Assembly: GCA_964016885.1 (NCBI GenBank)
Contig: OZ024743.1
Location: 330,894,001-330,958,000 of the forward strand
DNA length: 64,000 bases
Reading direction: 5' to 3'
Origin: Eledone cirrhosa
Lineage: Eukaryota
Positions 50,901-64,000 of the stretch are shown here, piece after piece. Made by a program: the position numbers and the translations under genes. The notes beneath the pieces were generated by a model, which did not search any database, was not told the origin of the DNA, and worked only from the letters and a program-made list of their open reading frames with translations. Each line of letters starts with the position of its first letter. The stretch's first letter is position 1.

Positions 50901-53900
50901 CAACAGCAACAACAACAACAACTACAACATTTACCACAATAGCAACAACAACATCTACAACATTTACCACAATAGCAACAACAACAACAACTACAACATT
51001 TACTACAATAGCAACAACAACAACTACAACATTTACCACAATAGCAACAACAACAACTACAACATTTACCACAATAGCAACAACAACAACTACAACATTT
51101 ACTACAATAGCAACAACTACAACATTTACTACAATAGCAACAACAACAACTACAACATTTACTACAATAGCAACAACAACAACTACAACATTTACTACAA
51201 TAGCAACAACAACAACTACAACATTTACTACAATAGCAACAACATGAACTACAACATTTACCACAATAGCAACAACAAGAACTACAACATTTACCACAAT
51301 AGAAACAACAACTACAACATTTACTACAAAAGCAACAACAACAACAACTACAACGTTTACCACAACAGCAACAACAACAACTACAACATTTACCACAATT
51401 GCAACAACATCAACAACAACATTTACCACAACAGCAACATCAACAACAACAACGTTTACCACAATAGCAACAACAACAACTACAACATTTACTACAACAG
51501 CAACAACAACAACTACAACGTTTACAACAATAGCAACAACAACAACTACAACATTTACTACAATAGCAACAACAACAACTACAACATTTACTACAATAGC
51601 AACAACATCAACAACAACAACATTTAATACAACAGCAACATCAACAACAACAACGTTTACCACAATAGCAACAACAACAACTACAGAATTTACTACAATA
51701 GCAACAACAACAACTACGACATTTACTACAACAGCAACAACAACAACTACAACGTTGACCACAATAGCAACAACATCAACAACAACAACATTTACTACAA
51801 CTGCAACATCAACAACAACAACGTTTACCACAATAGCAACAACAACAACTACAACATTTACTACAACAGCAACAACAACAACTACAACGTTTACAACAAT
51901 AGCAACAACAACAACTACAACATTTACTACAATAGCAACAACAACAACTACAACATTTACTACAATAGCAACAACAACAACTACAACATTTACTACAACA
52001 GCAACAACAACAACTACAACGTTTACCACAATAGCAACAACAACAACTACAACATTTACCACAATAGCAACAACAACAACTACAACATTTACTACAACAA
52101 CAACAACAACAACTACAACATTTACAACAATAGCAACAACAACATCTACAACATTTACCACAATAGCAACAACAACAACTACAACATTTACTACGATAGC
52201 AACAACTACAACATTTACCACAATAGCAACAACAAAAACTAAAACATTTACCACAATAGTAACAACAACAACTACTACATTTACTACAATAGCAACAACA
52301 ACAATTACAACATTTACCACAATAGTAACAGCAACAACTACAACATTTACCCCAATAGCTGCAACAACAACAACTACAACATTTACCACAATAGCAACAG
52401 CAACAACTACAACATTTACCACAACAGCAACAACAACAACTACAACAATTACCACAATAGCTGCAACAACAACAACTACAACATTTACCACAATAGCAAC
52501 AACATCAACAACAACAACATTTACCACAACAGCAACAACAACAACTACAACATTTACCACAACAGCAACAACAACAACTACAACATTTACCACAACAGCA
52601 ACAACAACAACTACAACATTTACCACAATAGCTGCAACAACAACATCTACAACATTTACCACAACAGCAACAACAACAACTACAACATTTACCACAATAG
52701 CAACAACGACAACTACAACATTTACCACAATAGCTGCAACAACAACAACTGCATTTACCTCAATAGCAACAACAACAACTACAATATTTACTACAATAGC
52801 AACAACAACAACTACAACATTTACCACAATAGCAACAACAACAACTACAACATTTACCACAATAGCAACAACAACAATTACAACATTTACTACAATAGCA
52901 ACAACAACAACTACAACATTTACCAGAATAGCAACAACAACAACTACAACATTTACCACAATAGCAACAACAACAACTACAACATTTACCACAATAGCAA
53001 CAACAACAACTACAACATTTACCACAATAGCAACAACAACAATTACAACATTTACTACAATACCAACAACAACAACTACAACATTTACCAGAATAGCAAC
53101 AACCACAACTACAACATTTACCACAATAGCAACAACAACAACTACAACATTTAGCACAATAGCAACAACAACAACTACAACATTTACCACAATAGCAACA
53201 ACAACAACTACAACATTTACCACAATAGCAACAACAACAACTACAACATTTACTACAACAGCAACAACAACAACTACAACATTTACTACAATAGCAACAA
53301 CAACAACTACAACATTTACTACAATAGCAACAACAACAACTACAACATTTACCACAATAGCAACAACAACAACTACAACATTTACTACAATAGCAACAAC
53401 AACAACAACTACAACATTTACCACAATAGCAACAACAACAATTACAACATTTACTACAATAGCAACAACAACAACTACAACATTTACCACAATAGCAACA
53501 TCAACAACTACAACATTTACCACAATAGCTGCAACAACAACAACTACATTTACCACAATAGCAACAACAACAACTACAACATATACTACAATAGCAACAA
53601 CAACAACTACAACATTTACCACAATAGCAACAACAACAACTACAACATTTACTACAATAGCAACAACAACAACAACTACAACATTTACAACAATAGCAAC
53701 AACAACAATTACAACATTTACTACAATAGCAACAACAACAACTACAACATTTACCACAACAGCAACAACAACAACTACAACATTTACCACAACAGCAACA
53801 ACAACAACAACTACAACATTTACCACAACAGCAACAACAACAACAATAACAACATTTACCACAATAGCAACAACAACAACAACTACAACATTTACCACAA

Positions 53901-56900
53901 CAGCAACAACAACAACAACTACAACACTTACCACAATAGCAACGACAACAACTACAACATTTACCACAACAGCAACAACAACAACAACTAAAACATTTAC
54001 CACAATAGCAACAACAACATCTACAACATTTACCACAATAGCAATAACAACAACAACTAAAACATTTACTACAATAGCAACAACAACAACTATAACATTT
54101 ACCACAATAGCAACAACAACAACTACAACATTTACCACAATAGCAACAACAACAACTACAACATTTACTACAATAGCAACAACAACAACTACAACATTTA
54201 CTACAATAGCAACAACAACAACTACAACATTTACTACAATAGCAACAACATGAACTACAACATTTACCACAATAGCAACAACAAGAACTACAACATTTAC
54301 CACAATAGAAACAACAACTACAACATTTACTACAAAAGCAACAACAACAACAACTACAACGTTTACCACAACAGCAACAACAACAACTACAACATTTACC
54401 ACAATAGCAACAACATCAACAACAACATTTACCACAACAGCAACAACAGCAGCAACAACAACAACTACAACATTTACCACAATAGCAACAACATCAACAA
54501 CAACAACATTTAATACAACGGCAACATCAACAGCAACAACGTTTACCACAATAGCAACAACAACAACTACAGAATTTACTACAACAGCAACAACAACAAC
54601 TACAACGTTGACCACAATAGCAACAACATCAACAACAACAACATTTACTACACCAGCAACGTTAACAACAACAACGTTTACCACAATAGCAACAACAACA
54701 ACTACAACATTTACTACAACAGCAACAACAACAACTACAACGTTTACAACAATAGCAACAACAACTACAACATTTACTACAATAGCAACAACATTTACTA
54801 CAATAGCAACAACAACAACTACAACATTTACTACAACAGCAACAACAACAACTACAACGTTTACCACAATAGCAACAACAACAACTACAACATTTACCAC
54901 AATAGCAACAACAACAACTACAACATTTACTACAACAGCAACAACAACAACTACAACATTTACAACAATAGCAACAACAACATCTACAACATTTACCACA
55001 ATAGCAACAACAACAACTACAACATTTACTACGATAGCAACAACTACAACATTTACCACAATAGCAACAACAAAAACTAAAACATTTACCACAATAGTAA
55101 CAACAACAACTACAACATTTACTACAATAGCAACAACAACAACTACAACATTTACCACAATAGCAACAGCAACAACTACAACATTTACCCCAATAGCTGC
55201 AACAACAACAACTACAACATTTACCACAATAGCAACAGCAACAACTACAACATTTATCACAACAGCAACAACAACAACTACAACAATTACCACAATAGCT
55301 GCAACAACAACAACGACAACATTTACCACAATAGCAACAACATCAACAATAACAACATTTACCACAATAGCAACAACAACAGCAACTACAACATTTACCA
55401 CAATAGCAACAACAACAACTACAATATTTACCACAATAGCAACAACAGCAACTACAACATTTACTACAATAGCAGCAACAATAACTACAACATTTACCAC
55501 AACAGCAACAACAACAACAACTACAACACTTACCACAATAGCAACGACAACAACTACAACATTTACCACAACAGCAACAACAACAACAACTACAACATTT
55601 ACTACAATAGCAGCAACAACAACAACTACAACATTTACCACAATAGCAACAACAACATCTACAACATTTACCACAATAGCAACAACAACAACAACTACAA
55701 CATTTACTACAATAGCAACAACAACAACTACAACATTTACCACAATAGCAACAACAACAACTACAACATTTACCACAATAGCAACAACAACAACTACAAC
55801 ATTTACTACAATAGCAACAACAACAACTACAACGTTTACCACAATACCAACAACAACAACTACAACATTTACTACAATAGCAACAACAACAACTACAACA
55901 TTTACTACAATAGCAACAACAACAACTACAACATTTACTACAATAGCAACAACAACAACTACAACATTTACTCCAATAGCAACAACAACAACTACAACAT
56001 TTACCACAACAGCAACAACAACAACTACAACATTTACCACAATAGCAACAACAACAACTACAACATTTATCACAATAGCAACAACAACAACTACAACATT
56101 TACTACAATAGAAGCAACAACAACTACAACATTTACCACAACAGCAACAACAACAACTACAACATTTACCACAATAGCTGCAACAACAACATCTACAACA
56201 TTTACCACAACAGCAACAACAACAACAACTACAACATTTACCACAACAGCAACAACAACAACTACAACATTTACCACAATAGCTGCAACAACAACATCTA
56301 CAACATTTACCACAACAGCAACAACAACAACAACTACAACATTTACCACAATAGCAACAACGACAACTACAACATTTACCACAATAGCTGCAACAACAAC
56401 AACTACATTTACCACAATAGCAACAACAACAACTACAACATTTACTACAATAGCAACAACAACAACTACAACATTTACCACAATAGCAACAACAACAACT
56501 ACAACATTTACCACAATAGCAACAACAACAATTACAACATTTACTACAATAGCAACAACAAAAACTACAACATTTACCAGAATAGCAACAACAACAACTA
56601 CAACATTTACCACAATAGCAACAACAACAACTACAACATTTACCACAATAGCAACAACAACAACTACAATATTTACCACAATAGCAACAACAACAATTAC
56701 AACATTTACTACAATAGCAACAACAACAACTACAACATTTACCAGAATAGCAACAACAACAACTACAACATTTACCACAATAGCAACAACAACAACTACA
56801 ACATTTACCACAATAGCAACAACAACAACTACAACATTTACCACAATAGCAACAACAACAACTACAACATTTACCACAATAGCAACAACAACAACTACAA

Positions 56901-59900
56901 CATTTACTACAATAGCAACAACAACAACTACAACATTTACTACAATAGCAACAACAACAACTACAACATTTACTACAATAGCAACAACAACAACTACAAC
57001 ATTTACCACAACAGCAACAACAACAACAACTACAACATTTACCACAATAGCAACAACAACAACTACAATATTTACCACAATAGCAACAACAGCAACTACA
57101 ACATTTACTACAATAGCAGCAACAATAACTACAACATTTACCACAACAGCAACAACAACAACAACTACAACACTTACCACAATAGCAACGACAACAACTA
57201 CAACATTTACCACAACAGCAACAACAACAACATTTACTACAATAGCAGCAACAACAACAACTACAACATTTACCACAATAGCAACAACAACATCTACAAC
57301 ATTTACCACAATAGCAACAACAACAACAACTACAACATTTACTACAATAGCAACAACAACAACTACAACATTTACCACAATAGCAACAACAACAACTACA
57401 ACATTTACCACAATAGCAACAACAACAACTACAACATTTACTACAATAGCAACAACAACAACTACAACGTTTACCACAATACCAACAACAACAACTACAA
57501 CATTTACTACAATAGCAACAACAACAACTACAACATTTACTACAATAGCAACAACAACAACTACAACATTTACTACAATAGCAACAACAACAACTACAAC
57601 ATTTACTACAATAGCAACAACAACAACTACAACATTTACCACAACAGCAACAACAGCAACTACAACATTTACCACAATAGCAACAACAACAACTACAACA
57701 TTTATCACAATAGCAACAACAACAACTACAACATTTACTACAATAGAAGCAACAACAACAACTACAACATTTACCACAACAGCAACAACAACAACTACAA
57801 CATTTACCACAATAGCTGCAACAACAACATCTACAACATTTACCACAACAGCAACAACAACAACAACTACAACATTTACCACAATAGCAACAACGACAAC
57901 TACAACATTTACCACAATAGCTGCAACAACAACAACTACATTTACCATAATAGCAACAACAACAACTACAACATTTACTACAATAGCAACAACAACAACT
58001 ACAACATTTACCACAATAGCAACAACAACAACTACAACATTTACCACAATAGCAACAACAACAATTACAACATTTACTACAATAGCAACAACAAAAACTA
58101 CAACATTTACCAGAATAGCAACAACAACAACTACAACATTTACCACAATAGCAACAACAACAACTACAACATTTACCACAATAGCAACAGCAACAACTAC
58201 AATATTTACCACAATAGCAACAACAACAATTACAACATTTACTACAATAGCAACAACAACAACTACAACATTTACCAGAATAGCAACAACAACAACTACA
58301 ACATTTACCACAATAACAACAACAACTACAACATTTACCACAATAGCAACAACAACAACTACAACATTTACCACAATAGCAACAACAACAACTACAACAT
58401 TTACTACAATAGCAACAACAACAACTACAACATTTACCACAATAGCTGCAACAACAACAACTACATTTACCACAATAGCAACAACAACAACTACAACATT
58501 TACTACAATAGTAACAACAACAACTACAACATTTACCACAATAGCAACAACAACAACTACAACATTTAATACAATAGCAACAACAACAACAACTACAACA
58601 TTTACAACAATAGCAACAACAACAATTACAACATTTACTACAATAGCAACAACAACAACTACAACATTTACCACAACAGCAACAACAACAACTACAACAT
58701 TCACCACAACAGCAACAACAACAACAACTACAACATTTACCACAACAGCAACAACAACAACAATAACAACATTTACCACAATAGCAACAACAACAACAAC
58801 AACTACAACATTTACCACAACAGCAACAACAACAACAACTACAACATTTACCACAATAGCAACAACAACAACTACAATATTTACCACAATAGCAACAACA
58901 GCAACTACAACATTTACTACAATAGCAGCAACAATAACTACAATATTTACCACAACAGCAACAACAACAACAACTACAACATTTACTACAATAGCAGCAA
59001 CAACAACAACTACAACATTTACCACAATAACAACAACAACATCTACAACATTTACCACAATAGCAACAACAACAACAACTACAACATTTACTACAATAGC
59101 AACAACAACAACTACAACATTTACCACAATAGCAATAACAACAAAACAACAACTACAACATTTACCTCAATAGCAACAACAACAACTACAACATTTACTA
59201 CAATAGCAACAACAACAACTACAACATTTACTACAATAGCAACAACAACAACTACAACGTTTACCACAATACCAACAACAACAACTACAACATTTACCAC
59301 AATAGCAGCAACAACAACTACAACATTTACTACAATAGCAACAACAACAACTACAACATTTACTACAATAGCAACAACAACAACTATAACATTTACCACA
59401 ACAGCAACAACAACAACTACAACATTTACCACAATAGCAACAACAACTACAACATTCATCACAATAGCAACAACAACAACTACAACATTTACTACAATAG
59501 AAGCAACAACAACAACTACAACATTTACCACAATAGCAACAACAGCAACTACAACATTTACTACAATAGCAACAACATCAACAACAACATTTACCACAAC
59601 AGCAACAACAACAACTACAACATTTACCACTATAGCAACAACAGCAACTACAACATTTACCACAACAGCAACAACAACAACTACAACATTTACCACAATA
59701 GCAACAACAACAACTACAACATTTACCACAATAGCAGCAGCAACAACAACAACAACAACTACAACATTTACTACAATAGCAACAACAACAAGTACAACAT
59801 TTACCAGAATAGCAACAACAAAAACTACAACATTTAGAACAATAGCAACAACAACAACAACTACAACATTTACCACAATAGCAACAACAACAACTACACC

Positions 59901-62900
59901 ATTTACCACAATAGCAACAACAACATCTACAACATTTACCACAATAGCAACATCAACAACTACAACACTTACCACAACAGAAACAACAACAACAACAACA
60001 TTTACCACAACAGCAACAACAAAAACTAAAACATTTACCACAATAGCAACAACAACTACAACATATACCACAATAGCAACAACAACAACAACTACAACAT
60101 TTACCACAATAGCAACAACAACAACTTCAACATTTACCACAATAGCAACAACAAAAACTTCCTCATTTACCACAATAGCAACAACAAAAACTTCAACATT
60201 TACCACAATAGCAAAAACAACATCTTCAACATTTACCACAATAGCAACAACAACAACTTCAACATTTACCACAATAGCAACATTAAAAACTTCAACATTT
60301 ACCACAATAGCAACAACATCAACAACAACAACATTTACCACAACAGCAAAAACAACAACAACATTTACTACAATAGCAACATCAACAACAACAATATTTA
60401 CCACAACAGCAACAACAACAACAACTGCAACATTTACCACAATAGCAGCAACAACAACAACTACAACATTTACCACAACAGCAACAACAACAACAACTAC
60501 AACATTTACCACAATAGCAGCAACAAAAACAATTACAACATTTACTACAATAGCAACAACAACAACAACAACTACAACATTTACTACAATAGCAGCAACA
60601 ACAACAACTACAACATTTACTACAATAGCAGCAACAACAACAATTACAACATTTACTACAATAGCAACAACAACAACAACTACAACATTTACCACAACAG
60701 CAACAACAACAACTAGAACATTTACCACAATAGCAACAACAACAACCACACATTTACCACAATAGCAACAACATCAACAACAACAACATTTACCACAATA
60801 GCAACAACAACCACTACAACATTTACCACAACAGCAACAACAACAACTACAACATTTACCACAATAGCAACAACAGCAACTACAACATTTACCACAATAC
60901 TAACAAAAACAACTACAACATTTACCACAACAGCAACAACAACAACTACAACATTTACCACAATAGCAACAACCACAACTACAACATTTACCACAATAGC
61001 AACAACATCCTGAACATTTACTCCAATAGCAAAAACAATAGCTACAACATGTAACAAAATAGCAACAACAACAACAGCAACATTTACCACAATAGCAACA
61101 ACAACAACTACAAATTTACCACAATAGCAACAACAACAACTACAGCATTTATCACAATAGCAACAACTACAACATTTACCACAATTGCAACAACATTTAC
61201 CACAATAGCAACAACAACAACTTCAACATGTAACAAAATAGCAACAACAACAACTACAACATTTACCACAATAGCAACAACAACTACAACATTTACCACA
61301 ATAGCAACAGCAACAACTACAACATTTACCACAATAGCAACAACAACTACAACATTTACCACAATAGCAACAACAACAACAACTACAACATTTAGCACAA
61401 TAGCAACAACAACAACTACAACATTTACCAGAATAGCAACAACAACAACTACAACATTTACCACAATAGCAACAACAACAACTACAACATTTACCACAAT
61501 AGCAACAAAAACAACAACAACTACAACATTTACCACAATAGCAACAACAACAACTACACCATTTACCACAATAGCAACAACAACAACTACAACATTTACC
61601 ACAATAGCAACAACAACAACTACACCATTTACCACAATAGCAAAATCAACAACAACATTTACCACAACAGCAACAACAACAACAACTAAAACATTTACCA
61701 CAATAGCAACAACAACTACAACATATACCACAATAGCAACAACATCTACGACATTTACCACAATAGCAACAACAACTACATTTACCACAATAGCAACAAC
61801 ACCGACAACATTTACCACAATAGCAACAACAGCAAATACAACATTTACCACAATAGTAACAACAACAACAACTACAACATTTACCACAATAGCACCAACA
61901 ACAACTTCAACATTTACCACAATAGCAACAACAACAACTTCAACATTTACCACAATAGCAACAACAAAAACTTCAACATTTACCACAATAGCAACAACAA
62001 CAACTTCAACATTTACCACAATAGCAACAACAAAAACTTCAACATTTACCACAATAGCAACAACAAAAACTTCCTCATTTACCAAAATAGCAACAACAAA
62101 AACTTCCTCATTTGCCACAATAGCAACAACAAAAACTTCAACATTTACCACAATAGCAACAACAACAACTTCAACATTTACCACAATAGCAACAACAAAA
62201 ACTTCAACATTTACCACAATAGCAACAACAACAACTTCAACATTTACCACAATAGCAATAACAACAACTACAACATTTACCACAACAGCAACAACATCAA
62301 CAACAACATTTACAACAATAGCAAGAACAACAAATAGAACATTTACTACAATAGCAACAACAACAACAGCAACATTTACCACAATAGCAACAACAACAAC
62401 TACAGCATTTATCACAATAGCAACAACTACAACATTTACCACAATTGCAACAACACAACACTACAACATTTACCACAATAGCAACAACAACAACTTCAAC
62501 ATGTAACAAAATAGCAACAACAACAACTACAACATTTACCACAATAGCATCAACAACAACTACAACATTTATCACAATAGCAACAACAACAACACTACAA
62601 CATTTACCACAATAGCAACAACAACAACTACAACATTTACCGCAATAGCAACAACATCAACAACAACATTTACCACAATAGCAACAACAACAACTACAAC
62701 ATTTACCACAATAGCAACAACAACAACAACTACAACATTTACCACAATAGCAACAACAACAACTACAACATTTACTAAAATATCAACAACAATAACAACA
62801 ACAACAACAACATTTACCACAATAGCAACAACAACAACTACAACATTTACTACAATAGCAACAACAACAACAACAACAACATTTACCACAATAGCAACAA

Positions 62901-64000
62901 CATCTACGACATTTACCACAATAGCAACAACAACTACATTTACCACAATAGCAACAACACCGACAACATTTACCACAATAGCAACAACAGCAACTACAAC
63001 ATTTACCACAATAGTAACAACAACAACAACTACAACATTTACCACAATAGCAACAACAACAACTTCAACATTTACCACAATAGCAACAACAAAAACTTCA
63101 ACATTTACCACAATAGCAACAACAACAGCTACAAAATGTAACAAAATAGCAAGAACAACAAATAGAACATTTACTACAATAGCAACAACATCACAACAAC
63201 ATTTACCACAATAGCAGCAACAACAACAACTACAACATTTACCACAATAGCAACAACAACAACTACAACATTTACCACAATAGCAACAACAACAACTACA
63301 GCATTTATCACAATAGCAACAACTACAACATTTACCACAATAGCAACAACAACAACTTAAACATTTGCCACAATAGCAACAACACAACACTACACCATTT
63401 ACCACAATAGCAACAACTACAACATTTACCACAATAGCAACAACAACTACAACATTTACCACTATAGCAACAACAGCAACTACAACATTTACCACAACAG
63501 CAGCAACAACAACTACAACATTTACCACAATAGCAACAACAACAACTACAACATTTACCACAATAGCAGCAGCAACAACAACAACAACAACTACAACATT
63601 TACTACAATAGCAACATCAACAAGTACAACATTTACCAGAATAGCAACAACAAAAACTACAACATTTAGAACAATAGCAACAACAACAACAACTACAACA
63701 TTTACCACAATAGCAACAACAACAACTACACCATTTACCACAATAGCAACAACAACATCTACAACATTTACCACAATAGCAACATCAACAACTACAACAC
63801 TTACCACAACAGAAACAACAACAACAACAACATTTACCACAACAGCAACAACAAAAACTAAAACATTTACCACAATAGCAACAACAACTACAACATATAC
63901 CACAATAGCAACAACAACAACAACTACAACATTTACCACAATAGCAACAACAACAACTTCAACATTTACCACAATAGCAACAACAAAAACTTCCTCATTT
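41911..64000. repeat. Satellite array over 22 kb, ~33-bp unit ACAACATTTACYACAAYAGCAACAACAACAACT (roughly 670 units); runs off the window
   Basis: Direct reading; unit length varies mostly in 3-bp ACA steps; + strand reads (TTFTTIATTTT)n. Confidence 0.97.

Noticed and set aside
41907-63972. Giant minus-strand poly-Val and Cys-rich (metallothionein/keratin-associated-like) ORFs
   Set aside because: Antisense readings of the (ACA)-rich array; implausible composition and no unique domains.

Overview
AT-rich, repeat-saturated eukaryotic DNA. It is most likely from an octopod cephalopod, inferred from the SINE family, RTE/Penelope fragments and microsatellite load. I cannot confidently identify any intact protein-coding gene; almost every ORF in the track is a translation artefact of simple repeats. 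Bases 1-41.9 kb are a patchwork of microsatellites, five minisatellite arrays (45, 79/80, 97, 50 and 88 bp units), tRNA-derived SINEs, RTE-LINE fragments, mariner and Helitron remnants, fold-back elements and Penelope-like element (PLE) pieces. Bases 41.9-64 kb are one array of a ~33-bp unit, over 22 kb long, with kb-scale higher-order duplications. The clearest hidden functional signal is a set of minimal type I hammerhead ribozymes in at least three unrelated element families. They occur in a PLE fragment with GIY-YIG coding sequence (19.3-20.1 kb), a fold-back element (28.0-28.3 kb) and an ORF-less ~330-bp tandem-plus-inverted element resembling a non-LTR retrozyme (38.2-39.0 kb). Two minisatellites also visibly arose from consecutive segments of one dead RTE LINE. 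All calls were made by eye, and boundaries of degenerate elements are approximate.
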